A stretch of 63,568 nucleotides of DNA, the filler included, from Octopus bimaculoides (lineage: Eukaryota), in NCBI RefSeq assembly GCF_001194135.2. It is 11 parts of 9 records of this genome, joined end to end, with 100 filler letters (N's around TTAATTAATTAA, not from the genome) between each part and the next. Parts side by side here need not be neighbours in the genome. Positions count along the whole stretch, not along the records: positions 31,187 to 55,674 come from NC_069002.1; positions 55,775 to 58,293 come from NW_026419821.1; positions 58,394 to 60,675 come from NC_068982.1; positions 60,776 to 63,568 come from NC_068982.1; 7 more parts are not named here. The stretch is one strand, 5' to 3'. Position numbers and translations under genes: made by a program. The notes beneath the pieces were generated by a model. The model did not search any database. It worked only from the letters and a program-made list of their open reading frames with translations, and was not told the origin of the DNA. Shown in pieces: positions 49,541 through 62,169 of the stretch. Numbering within the stretch: the first letter of the stretch is position 1; each line of letters begins with the position of its first letter.

Positions 49541-49690
49541 AGGATCAAATTCCGCCGAGGTCGACTTTGTCTTTCATTCTTTCGGGTTCGAGAAATTAAG
49601 TACCAGTCAAGTACTGGGGTCGGTGTGATCGATTTAACCACCTCCCACAAATTTCAGGCCTTATGCCTATAGTAGAAAGAATTATTATAT
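49541..49690 (+). mobile_element. Family B SINE, 5'-truncated
   Basis: TCAAATTCCGCCGAGGTCGACTTTGTCTTTCATTCTTTCGGG...AAGTACCAG...GCCTATAGTAGAAAGAATTATT. Confidence 0.88.
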
Positions 49691-49890
49691 CCATCGGAAT
49701 GAAACAATTTTCTGCTCTCAGAAAGCAAATCTTCCCTGAGCCAGTTTCTTGGCTACATAATTGTTGTGGATTTATCGCCGCTGCTGTTGGATGTACCTTC
49801 AATTTAAGATGTCTGGAAAGAAGCTGTCAAGTTGTCCTGAAGACAGTAGTGCGAAAAACAAGCGTAAATGGATTACACTGGATATTAATC

Positions 49891-50574
49891 TTGATAACGA
49901 AGTGTCAGCGCGAAGCAGTGTGTATGTATAAGCAGGATTAGGTAAGTTGAAATATGTTTGTCACATGTTTCAACTGCTAAAAGGCAAATACACTGCAGTT
50001 ACTGTGGAGAAAAAACATCTCTCTTATGGTAAAAAGGTGTGAAAAAAAACGGTTCATTCAGTGTCGCCATCTTTTAAGAATTTCAGACATCGATGTTTCG
50101 AGTTTTTTTACTCTTATCAATGAGATGTATCTAAGATAAACAACTCAGAACGAACTTTATAAAGCTTTATATATAATTCAGTAAACACGTTGACTGATTT
50201 GAGCTTGTAGATCGCCCGACCGAAGTAAATGACGAAGCGTCAGCACGAAGCAGTGTGTAAGGATAAGCAGAACCTCGGTCGGGCGAAAAACTAGAGCAAA
50301 TCAGTCAACGTGTTGACTGAATTATATATAAAGCTACGGTTTTATTAAGTTCGTTCAAAGTTACCTCTCTTAGGTTAATCTTGACAAGAGTAAAAAAACT
50401 TGAAGCATCGATGTCTGGGATTGCGAATAGAAGGCGACACCGAACGAACCGGGTATTTTCACACCGTTTTACCATAAGAGAGATTTCCTTTTCTCCACGG
50501 TAACTGCAGTGTATTTGCCTTTTAGCAGTTGAAATATGTGACAAACATATTTCAGCTTATCTAATTCTGCTTAT
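49891..50574. repeat. Long imperfect inverted repeat (arms 49928-50223 and 50275-50574) whose 51-nt spacer duplicates 49895-49935
   Basis: The arms align as reverse complements throughout, e.g. CAACTGCTAAAAGGCAAATACACTGCAGTTAC versus GTAACTGCAGTGTATTTGCCTTTTAGCAGTTG. Confidence 0.92.
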
Positions 50575-51309
50575 TAAACTTGATGTTTTGAAACAAATTG
50601 ATGCAGAAGTAAAACTAAATTTGCCACAACATTAAATCATGCAACGTGTACAGTGGGAACAATACGTGACAGCAGAGAAAATTTTGTCAAAAATTCAAGA
50701 AGTGACTGACCGGACCTTAATTTTCCATAAATCTAATGTGATAATTAAAATGGAACGGATATTGAGTGCACGGATCGAGAATCAGAAACGGCATAATTTG
50801 CTGATAAATACGACAATTACAAGAGGAGTTTACAACGAGCTCAGTTCCTATACTGAGTTCTACATAGAGATGATGCATCATGGAAAAAAAGACTTTGGAT
50901 CATTTCTTCATCTCTCAAGCTGATGGTCATGATAATGAACAATAAATATTATCCCTCATCCTCCTAATAACGCTCATTCCATCAACACCCTCCACAGAAG
51001 TCAACATCTTTTGTGCTAAGAATCGTAACATCGTAAGATGTTACGATTCTTATTTATTCCTTAACTCATACCTCTTGATGCGTTTTTGTGTTTTCATTTA
51101 TCTATATTGTACCGTGTATGTTTAGAAAGAGTTCCTTTCATGCATAAAAGTAGTCGTGCTGCTTGTCTCTGTTTTTTGGGGGGTTTTCGAAAAAGTCCGT
51201 GAGAAGGCATTCTCATTTGTTAATATGAAAAGCAACAGGAAAATTAATTTCGCATTACGACCAGATTTTCAAGAACGTATTACTTTTGTGAGAGCAAAAG
51301 CTCAAAACA

Positions 51310-51522
51310 TAATTATTGCTTTCAAATTTTGGCACAATGGAAGTAATTTCGCGGGATGGGATAAATCAATTACATCGATCCCTTGTGTTCAACTGGTACT
51401 ATTTTACCGACTCTGAAAGGTGAAGTCGACCTCAGCCGTATTTTAACTCAGAACATAAAGACTAACAAAATGCCGTTCAGCATTTTGCCCAGGGGTGCTA
51501 ACGCTTCTGCCAGAGCGCCACC
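51310..51522 (-). mobile_element. Family B SINE
   Basis: Minus strand GGTGGCGCTCTGGCAGAAGCGTTAGCACC...GAGTTAAAATACGGCTGAGGTCGACTTCACC...GGTAAAATAGTACCAGTTG. Confidence 0.8.
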
Positions 51523-51554
51523 TTCGCAAAGAAAATATATTAATTTAATTAGAA

Positions 51555-52170
51555 ATGCATAAATCCATTCGCTCCTTCTATCCCCCCCCTTCTTTCTCCA
51601 GTCTACTCCAGCTTTCCCTCTCTTTCTCTCCACCCACCTCAGTATCTTTATATCCTCTTACTCTTACTCACTCTATCTCCCATTCTCTTTCCATCCATTC
51701 TTTTTCTCTACGTCACCCCCCCCCACTCACTCTCACTTTCTCTTTTGCTGTTTCCTTCTTTTCTTTCTCTTCTTCATATACAGTTTTTATTCCTCACTCT
51801 GCTCCCCATCCCAACTTTCCTCAAAACTTCACCCTCTCCCTTTCTTGCTTTCTTTATTTCTTTTTTCTATCTTTCTTTCTTTCTTTCTTTCTTTCCGTCT
51901 CTCTTGTACTCTCTCCCTCTCTTTCTCTCTCTCTGTGTTTCTTTCTTTCCGTCTTTCTTTCCCCCTCTGTCTCTGTTTCTTTCTCTCTCCTTCTCTCTCC
52001 CTCTCTCTCTCTCTTTCTCTCCTGGTCTCTAGAACTCATGCTCTCCTCCTCTCTCTCTCTCTCTCTCTTTCTCTCCTGGTCTCTAGAACTCATGCTCTCC
52101 CCCCTCTCAGTTTCCTCTTCTCTTTTCCCTATTCTGTTGTCCTTCCAAACCCCTCGCCTTCCTCTTCCCA
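51555..52170. repeat. Polypyrimidine (CT/CTTT) low-complexity tract containing a 54-bp-period duplication (52011-52100)
   Basis: Almost purine-free + strand; CCTGGTCTCTAGAACTCATGCTCTCC occurs at 52021 and 52075. Confidence 0.85.
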
Positions 52171-52907
52171 ATAAACTTCTCCATTACCGCCATCTTCAAC
52201 GCAACGACTTACATTTACAAAGTTTATACAATTAAGACTTCAGAATTGTTGTTGTTGTTGCTATTGTTTAGCCCTTGGTCATCACTGCAATAGACCTATG
52301 ATCCGAAACAATCCAGCCGTAAACAGTCCGTCTGTTGTTTTCTCACACATTGAAACTCTGTCCTTCCTTCCTTCCTTCCTTTCTTTCCAAGACAATCAAA
52401 TGTGATTTGAGAGAAGTTTGCATCTAATTCCACGAAGGTCACTGACCTCGCTGCTGTTTTGTTGTTGACGCCATAGAGTTGTCGTGTTTAGTATTAGTGG
52501 TGGTGGTGTTGGCGCAGGAGGTGGTGGTGGTGGTGGTAGTAGTACTGTTGGTAGTGTCCTTGATGGTGTTAGTGGTGTTGCAGATGAGGTTTATGGTAGT
52601 GTGATGGTGGTGGTGGTGATGGTGGTGGTGGTGGTGCTGATAGTGTTGGTGGTGATGGTGATGTTGATGATTATGGTTGTGACGTTTGTGGTGAGCTTAA
52701 TGGTGTTTGTTGGTGTTTGTTCGTGTTGTTGTCGGCTTTTGTGTAATTGAAGCCGATCATCGTTAATTCGGATTGCACAACGACATCCATCAGATAACAG
52801 TAAACAGGCATTTAAAACTATCATCACGAGATTGTTTGGGTTCCACTAATTGTGATAGCAATAACCACTGATAACATTAAACTCCATTACAATAAACAGA
52901 TTCCACC

Positions 52908-52964
52908 ATGTTTAATTCGCTGGCCGGACCGTATCGAATGTTCTCGGCCTTCGTCCACAACCAG
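52908..52964 (+). CDS. Candidate first coding exon MFNSLAGPYRMFSAFVHNQ
   Basis: Kozak-like CCACCATG, 19 open codons, CAG|GTATGA donor, CpG-rich unique sequence. No homology evidence. Confidence 0.3.
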
Positions 52965-53410
52965 GTATGAATGACATAAGTAACGAAATATTGTGACTAC
53001 CATTAACTCAATAGCTTTTGACGCTTTAAAGAGGGCGCTGTTTTGTTATGTTGAGAAGGACCCTGATTATGCCGCTCCTTTTTTATTCGCTATTCTTTCT
53101 TGATGCTGTTGCATTCTTTATTGTTGCGCATGTCCTGTAAGCTTTCGGGAATTGATAAACCATATAGCATAGTCGATCGATCCATCCACTGATCGAACAG
53201 CGACTCAGGGCTGTGGGATGCGGCGGAGGCGGCATCGACAGTAGCAGTATTATTGTTGTTGTTGGTGGTGGTGGTTCTTTTCATCTTTTTGTAACGGTCT
53301 ATCAACTAAGTATCACTTCATTATTAATGATGTTCCAGTTCTAGTTCCAACCGCGGATATGATTTCAATGCAAAAATCTTTCTTCTTCTTTTTACCTATT
53401 TGTTTGCTCA

Positions 53411-53481
<71 letters not shown>

Positions 53482-53607
53482 TCTATTTCTCACTATCTCT
53501 CTCTCTTTCTCTCTATATATCTTGTCCTACCATTTCTAGGTTGGAACCGATCAGTGGTTTTCTGGGGTAGTTAAGACTAAGATAAAAAAAATGAACCCCC
53601 TCTCACC

Positions 53608-53619
53608 AAAAATGGCGGC
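53608..53619 (+). promoter_or_regulatory. YY1-type motif AAAATGGCGGC
   Basis: Exact match to the AAAATGGCGGC consensus, near a CpG-rich unique region. The motif's ATG (53612) opens MAARYLLSCLRNQHGRNIFPLFRG. Confidence 0.35.
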
Positions 53620-54400
53620 GAGATATTTGTTGTCTTGTTTACGTAATCAACATGGGAGAAATATCTTTCCTCTCTTTCGTGGATATGTTGGCTTGTATTG
53701 ACTAGCAAAATCGTCCAGATCGATGATAAAATCTTTCAGATGTTTTACTTTTCTTTCTTTTCCCCCCTAAAACATTAAGACAGAAGATAAAATGAAAAGC
53801 AGCATTTGGAAATATCTAATGGAACGACAACACATTTTCCTTGATTGGTTCTTGACGTAGCTGTCTTCATGTTCTTTGCTGTTTTAGCTACTGTTGCAGG
53901 ATTTTACTGTTTTTTTTTTAGGTACTCATTAGTTCGTTTTTCATTTTACTTTTAGGATACAATGAACAAGTGAGAGGAGGAGATAGACAGAGAAAGAGAG
54001 AGGGGGAGAGAGAGAGAAAAGTAGAGAGAGAATAGAAAAGAGTAAGCGGGAAAGATGTAATAGGAGAAAAGAAGTTTCTTCTTCACGAAAAAGAATATAC
54101 AAAGAGGAAAATATGTAATAAGCAATAGGAAGTTCTTAATAATAGTATGAGCAGATTAATGATGATGATAATACTGAAAATAACAATAATGATATTGCTA
54201 ATGACAGCATCATCAACATCGCCATTATTAACAACAACAACAGCAACAACAACTGTCATACTGATAATGGAAATAATGATTTCTTTATTTGCAACACGAT
54301 CAACATAAATACCCGGCAGAGAATAACATATCTTTTCGGTATACACAAACACACACATATATATGTATCTATATCATCCGTATGTATATATGTATGTATA

Positions 54401-54447
<47 letters not shown>

Positions 54448-54937
54448 NNNNNNNNNNNNNNNNNNNNNNNNNNNNNNNNNNNNNNNNNNNNNNNNNNNNN
54501 NNNNNNNNNNNNNNNNNNNNNNNNNNNNNNNNNNNNNNNNNNNNNNNNNNNNNNNNNNNNNNNNNNNNNNNNNNNNNNNNNNNNNNNNNNNNNNNNNNNN
54601 NNNNNNNNNNNNNNNNNNNNNNNNNNNNNNNNNNNNNNNNNNNNNNNNNNNNNNNNNNNNNNNNNNNNNNNNNNNNNNNNNNNNNNNNNNNNNNNNNNNN
54701 NNNNNNNNNNNNNNNNNNNNNNNNNNNNNNNNNNNNNNNNNNNNNNNNNNNNNNNNNNNNNNNNNNNNNNNNNNNNNNNNNNNNNNNNNNNNNNNNNNNN
54801 NNNNNNNNNNNNNNNNNNNNNNNNNNNNNNNNNNNNNNNNNNNNNNNNNNNNNNNNNNNNNNNNNNNNNNNNNNNNNNNNNNNNNNNNNNNNNNNNNNNN
54901 NNNNNNNNNNNNNNNNNNNNNNNNNNNNNNNNNNNNN

Positions 54938-54981
<44 letters not shown>

Positions 54982-55439
54982 TACATATACACATATATAC
55001 GCATAAACGTATACATAGACGCACACACATGGATATGCATGTATATACACATACGCGCACATATAAAGCAATCGATACATACTTATAAGAGAATCTGTAC
55101 ATGTATGCGTATATAAACGCCATTTAGTAATAAGCAAAACGCGTTTATGCTTATTACGATAATGTTTGTACTCCATCTGATGCGGAAGGCGGATAGAAAT
55201 AACAGAACGCGTTGGAGCATTTAGTGAAACTGCACAAACACAACCAACACAACGAGTCGCATAAACAACCGAGGCCATTACTAAACGATTCGTACTACTT
55301 CTCCATCATTTTTTTTATTAATATCAGTGTATATTGCGGTATCTTACTTAAACATTTTGTTGTTGTTTTTTGTTTCCGTTTGTTGGGTGATACGACATTA
55401 AAGCGTCAAATATATCGCATTAGATTCTGATATGTATCT

Positions 55440-55620
55440 ATGTTAGTATGAATGTATGTATGTATGCATGTATGTATGTATGTATGTATGTATGTAGGCA
55501 GGTAGGTAGGTAAGTCGGTAGGTACGTAGGTAGGTAAGTAGGTGGGTAGGTAGGTAGGTGGACAGGTATGCAGGCACGTATGTATATGTGTATGCAGGAA
55601 TGTTTGTACCTACGTATATA
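55440..55620. repeat. Compound (TATG)n/(TAGG)n microsatellite
   Basis: Read directly from the sequence. Confidence 0.85.
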
Positions 55621-56458
55621 TGTATGACCATATGCAAGCATATAGGTATGGATATATATATATATATATATATANNNNNNNNNNNNNNNNNNNNNNNNNN
55701 NNNNNNNNNNNNNNNNNNTTAATTAATTAANNNNNNNNNNNNNNNNNNNNNNNNNNNNNNNNNNNNNNNNNNNNTGTATGTATATAATGTATATACACTT
55801 ATACATACAATGGTATATACATATTCGTACATACAAAACGTAGACGGCATGCTACATACTTAAGCACAAACTCTCTCACGCGCACACACATATACATACA
55901 TTCAAACATACGCACGAACACATACACACGCGGATACACACACACGCGCGCACGCACACACATGCACACACACAAACGCACATACACGCACGCATGCAAG
56001 CGCATACACAAATGTGTATGGGTGCGTTTACTTCATCCGACAAACCGTCCATCCATCCGACCGACCGACCGACCGTCCGACCGACCGACCGACCGTCAAA
56101 CAGACGGACCGGTCGATACGATAGATCGATCGATCTGTAGATCTATAAAGCAGTCGATAAACTAATGAAGAAATCGATACGGATCAATGAGGAGAGAAGC
56201 GAGAGAGTCTGTTTTTGACCCCAGTATTAATGTGTATTTAACAAAGCGTACATCACTGTTTTAGCTGGCTTTCATCGACCATTCATAGCGTTTGATAGAC
56301 ACGTCTACATGTCTGTCTGCCTGCTTGTCTGTCTGTCTGTCTGTTCGTTGCTGTCTACCCCTCTCTCTCTTTTTTGTTAGTCTGTCTCTCTCTCTTTGTC
56401 AGTCTCTATCTGTATCTCTCGCTCTATCTCTTCTTGTCAGTCTGTCTGTCTGTCTGTC

Positions 56459-56498
<40 letters not shown>

Positions 56499-57368
56499 AC
56501 ACACACATACAGATTTACACGCACTCACATACACACTCACACACACACATGCACACGCACTCACAAAACAGATAAGAGAAGTGCGGTGAGAAAATAGATG
56601 TTTATTACATTCGTTAACATATATACAAATGTGGTATATATANNNNNNNNNNNNNNNNNNNNNNNNNNNNNNNNNNNNNNNNNNNNNNNNNNNNNNNNNN
56701 NNNNNNNNNNNNNNNNNNNNNNNNNNNNNNNNNNNNNNNNNNNNNNNNNNNNNNNNNNNNNNNNNNNNNNNNNNNNNNNNNNNNNNNNNNNNNNNNNNNN
56801 NNNNNNNNNNNNNNNNNNNNNNNNNNNNNNNNNNNNNNNNNNNNNNNNNNNNNNNNNNNNNNNNNNNNNNNNNNNNNNNNNNNNNNNNNNNNNNNNNNNN
56901 NNNNNNNNNNNNNNNNNNNNNNNNNNNNNNNNNNNNNNNNNNNNNNNNNNNNNNNNNNNNNNNNNNNNNNNNNNNNNNNNNNNNNNNNNNNNNNNNNNNN
57001 NNNNNNNNNNNNNNNNNNNNNNNNNNNNNNNNNNNNNNNNNNNNNNNNNNNNNNNNNNNNNNNNNNNNNNNNNNNNNNNNNNNNNNNNNNNNNNNNNNNN
57101 NNNNNNNNNNNNNNNNNNNNNNNNNNNNNNNNNNNNNNNNNNNNNNNNNNNNNNNNNNNNNNNNNNNNNNNNNNNNNNNNNNNNNNNNNNNNNNNNNNNN
57201 NNNNNNNNNNNNNNNNNNNNNNNNNNNNNNNNNNNNNNNNNNNNNNNNNNNNNNNNNNNNNNNNNNNNNNNNNNNNNNNNNNNNNNNNNNNNNNNNNNNN
57301 NNNNNNNNNNNNNNNNNNNNNNNNNNNNNNNNNNNNNNNNNNNNNNNNNNNNNNNNNNNNNNNNNNNN

Positions 57369-57770
57369 GTCAGAACTTGAAAAGTATCAAGCAGTTTCAG
57401 TTGAACGATTGGTAAGCAAGCTTCGTTCAAGCCATACAATGTTCGCCGCCATCTTCAACAGCTTGGAAAGATCCTAAAACTTGGAAAATGGATGCCTCAT
57501 GATTTGTCCGAGGCCATCCACAAATCCCTAGTGGACGTCTGCTTTTCTCTTCGTTCTCGCGAACTCATCTCGCTGTTTTTGGACAAACTGGAGACCGGTG
57601 ATGAAAAATGGGTCCCTCACCAAAATGTTCAGCGTCGTAGACATTGGCGTTCGGTGAAGGGGAAAAGGCCCAACCACAACCGAAAAGGGAACTCCATGCA
57701 AAGAAGGTTCTTCTCTCTGTTTGGAGGGATTACAAAAAAGTCAACCACTTTGAGTTCCATCTCCTCGTAT
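57369..57770 (+). mobile_element. Mariner (DD34D, Mos1/SETMAR-like) transposase fragment
   Basis: HLQQLGKILKLGKWMPHDLS (WVPHEL motif), LETGDEKWV (first catalytic D), ELHAKKVLLSVW. Frameshifted and truncated by (CA)n and a gap. Confidence 0.9.
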
Positions 57771-58156
57771 ACTGGTTAGGCACATATGCATTCATATATA
57801 TTATATATACATCCCTACATAATTACAAGCATACATATATACATACATATACCTTTACACGTATAATTACAAACACACACATTCGTACACAAAGAAGCAC
57901 GCACATACGTACACATACATACACAAAGAAACACGTACATACACATATATGCACGCAAAAACTCAAACGAACATATATACACATAATTCCAGACAAACAT
58001 ATATATACACACGTTCAAAAACCAACACGTACATACATACACACGCATATACACACATACATGCACACACAACTCAAACACATACATACATGCACACACA
58101 CATGCATACATATACATATGCACATACACCACAATACACACACACACGCATACACG

Positions 58157-58189
<33 letters not shown>

Positions 58190-59093
58190 GCACACACACA
58201 CATATATATAAATCCAGAAAAATCATGTAAAACGTACAAGAAGACTTGCACATAAGGACAAAAAGCAAAACCACACACACACACACACACACANNNNNNN
58301 NNNNNNNNNNNNNNNNNNNNNNNNNNNNNNNNNNNNNTTAATTAATTAANNNNNNNNNNNNNNNNNNNNNNNNNNNNNNNNNNNNNNNNNNNNATATAAT
58401 ATATACACATGTGTGTGTGGTGTGTATGCTCATACATAAAAATGTAAACGCCTTTAGTTTATATACTATTTCTCATTTTTTTTCTACCTCTGTATCTCCA
58501 TGCTTTAAATTCAGTAGTTTTCTACGTTGTACATGGTTGCCTTTTACTATAGCATAATTCATTAAATGTATATTTCTATCAATCTTTCTCCATCTATCTA
58601 TCTACTTGACCTTATACTATAAAAATATGTATATGCTGTGAATTTTTAGTTAGCCGGCGGGTGAACATGATATTTCAACCGTTTACGTCGCAAATTATTT
58701 AAATTTTACATTTCTCATATTAGTAAGTTTGTGTATTTATATAAGAAACTTACAGCTAAGGATAAAAGAGAAAAATACAGGAAGGTTGTTAAAAAATGAC
58801 GGTAGTTTCTTTCTTATGGTAAGCTTAACTCTGTCATCGTGGTCAACTGCAAATTTGTACAATGATTTGTTTAAAAGTGTTTTCGAGGAGGAATAGCTCA
58901 TAATATATTTTGATAGCTAAGACTCCAAATGGTGTATTATATCATAGGAAAATATGCTGCCAAAAGAGAGAAGGTTATGGCCACGACTAGAATACATAAT
59001 ATAACTGACTACTATAAATATACTCAGGAAAAAGTCGGATTTGCTTTACTCATGAGTGGCCATAACAATAAATGAAACGATTACCTGTCAATT

Positions 59094-59247
59094 TCAGCTG
59101 TGTGGTATGAAGCTTGGTTCCCAACCACATGGTCTCTGGTTCAGTCCCACTGTGTTGAACCTTGGGCAAGTGTCTTCTATTGCCTCGGGCCGACCAAAGC
59201 CTAGTGAGTGGATTTGGTAGACGGAAACTGAATGAAGCCCGTCGTAT
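59094..59247 (+). mobile_element. Family A SINE, 5' half
   Basis: GCTGTGTGGT...CCAACCACATGG...GGTTCAGTCCCACTG...CCTTGGGCAAGTGTCTTC...GGATTTGGTAGACGGAAACTG, then (TA)n. Confidence 0.88.
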
Positions 59248-59248
59248 G

Positions 59249-59289
<41 letters not shown>

Positions 59290-61747
59290 TTATATTTATA
59301 TATTTGATCCTTTATATTGAACACTCAATATTTCATCTACATTCAATACTTTATTTCATGGTGCCATCCATTTTTATTTTATTTTATTTTATATTATATT
59401 TTGTATATTATATTATATATTGTATATTCCATATTCTATACCCCACATCGGTTCTGCAGGAATATAAATAAAACATAAAAAACAGACAGTGTTGGAACTC
59501 TTTTAAACAAAATAATATATTCCTCTANNNNNNNNNNNNNNNNNNNNNNNNNNNNNNNNNNNNNNNNNNNNNNNNNNNNNNNNNNNNNNNNNNNNNNNNN
59601 NNNNNNNNNNNATATATATATATATATATATATATATATACGGAAACGAATTTTTCTGCACTCTATGGATAGTTTATCCTGTTCATGCTATTGTATTAGC
59701 ATTATCATGCGTTTGAGAATAAATTATTTCAACACATCTAAAGCAAACTTTGGTTACTTTCATCGTAAGCTGAATTTAACGCTAGCGTCTTATAAAGCTA
59801 GATTTATAAATCCTAAAATTGCAGAACAATTCGTTATTGAACAGTTTAACTTAAAGGTAAAGCATTTGACGCGTAATCACTGGGATTCTGATGTTTAGAT
59901 GGCTGACGATAGATCTTGATGATGGAAGACCAGGCCATACAAGGTGTTTCGTTGCATTTTGTAATACTTTACTGAGACTACGTTTTTGACCGCTGAACAC
60001 ATTAGTCTTATATTCCATTGAGTCTACCCGTATCTGGTCTTCTGTACATGCCATGGTAGAATAAACATAGGTTAATAGTCAAGGGTTTTCAGAGCATTCA
60101 TCTAATTTACTCAGCCTGCCAAAATGATTTGTCGGAGTGTGGTCACTGCGTATGTTACAGCTTCTTGGAGCTACAGGAGAGAGATAGGTAGAAAGCAGAC
60201 AAAAAATGCAGAGCTTGTCCCCAAGAGAACACAAAGATGAAGCTCCAGGCCGTACAGCCAAAAAGACACACACAGACGTATGTGCTCTCTCCTTATTACA
60301 TACATAAACACACCTATATATATATATATATTGTTGTACTTGGGGATGATCATATTGCCAGTTTAGCCAATAAAAACACACGCACTGTATATTTGGTGTT
60401 AATTTGCTTCAGCTTTATATTACATTAATCCTAATCTTATTTCGGCCAGAGTTCTTTCGTCACACTTCTGTGACCTCATCAGTGGTCCTTTGTTTCCTTC
60501 CTTCTTATGTGTGTCTCACCTTGCTAGATATCAGCCATTTAGTATTTTGTATTCCTATTGTATGTGTCTACGCATGCGTGTCTTTTGTAAGTGCATGTGT
60601 GTATGGGGAGTGTCTGTATCACCTATATACTCTGTTAATACGTGTTCGTTTGTATTTGTTTTTATTTATTTATTTNNNNNNNNNNNNNNNNNNNNNNNNN
60701 NNNNNNNNNNNNNNNNNNNTTAATTAATTAANNNNNNNNNNNNNNNNNNNNNNNNNNNNNNNNNNNNNNNNNNNNTTGATATTCAAATTTCAATGTTGTT
60801 GAAAAGATGGTAAAGCTTGATCTAAATTCAATAAAAAATTACATAGCATATATCATGTATTTTATTTTTTGAGAAATTACTGTGGTACATCAAGTGGTGC
60901 CATTAATTTTATACAAATGTGCACTGCTCTGCGGTAGCGATAAAACTATATCTCATAGAGTTGCTTTAGATTGCACATACAGAGAATTGCTGAAAAAACA
61001 AAGCCACCACCAATTTTCAAATGTTTCTCTCAAAAGTATGTATTAAATATTAATATTGATGCGAAAACCAAAATACAGGGTTCCTTCATATTAAAAACAC
61101 TGTAGATCTGTGAACTGTGTTTAGAGTGCATAAAAGGAAGAAAAAAAAGAAAGAAAAACAGCAGAACAAAATATACGTATCAAGAGTCCAATAGAGAATA
61201 AAGAATAATGAGAAATTGTGAAAGGTAAAGTGTACTAGTGAGATATAAGAATTGATTTGCTTTTCAGCAAATCCTTTTTAACATCTTTCGCCATCCACAC
61301 ACGGAGACAGACACAATTTTTGTGTGTGTAAATATATATATGTATGTATATGTATATATANNNNNNNNNNNNNNNNNNNNNNNNNNNNNNNNNNNNNNNN
61401 NNNNNNNNNNNNNNNNNNNNNNNNNNNNNNNNNNNNNNNNNNNNNNNNNNNNNNNNNNNNNNNNNNNNNNNNNNNNNNNNNNNNNNNNNNNNNNNNNNNN
61501 NNNNNNNNNNNNNNNNNNNNNNNNNNNNNNNNNNNNNNNNNNNNNNNNNNNNNNNNNNNNNNNNNNNNNNNNNNNNNNNNNNNNNNNNNNNNNNNNNNNN
61601 NNNNNNNNNNNNNNNNNNNNNNNNNNNACATATATTTATTTTGTCGGGAGGGGGGGTTAGAATAGGAGAACGTTGTTTTTTTGTGGGGGTGAGGTTCCAT
61701 GAAAATGTAGAAAGATAGATAGTAATATAGGTAGGTAGATAGGTTAG

Positions 61748-61813
<66 letters not shown>

Positions 61814-62169
61814 TCTTTTTATTATAGCCACACATGGCTAAATACAGAAAATGGAGAATAGAGGTAGGTAGACAGAGGGAGAGAGAGAAGGGGGTTCTAC
61901 TTCCTATTCACCATTCATTTATTTGGTCATTTACCATTGTATTGGAATGGGTTTACAGATGGTAACCTCTTTAAAATAGAAAAATAGGCGTGGTCATTAT
62001 TGAAAGACCTTTTGATTCCTTTCTTTCATTTACCCCGTCTTCCCTTCTATATTTTCCCCTTTCTTACTTTTTTCTCCTCTTTCCTTCTTTTTTCTTGTTC
62101 CTTTCTTCCTTTCTTTTCTCCTCTTTCAGTTATATTCAGAATACAGAATGTACTGTCTCCGCTTTTCTT

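Noticed and set aside
50639-50923. 94-aa ORF as a host gene (likewise 59851-60054 and 19700-19850)
   Set aside because: Weak resemblance to decayed RTE C-termini (e.g. ERILSARIENQKR), with no splice or expression evidence; too degenerate to list as a feature.
52484-52827. Poly-Gly/Val, poly-Thr, poly-His and poly-Pro ORFs as real low-complexity proteins
   Set aside because: All frames derive from a degenerate (GGT/GAT/GTT)n tract with interspersed stops. The same pattern occurs at 12400-12700, 29310-29420 and 30100-30600.
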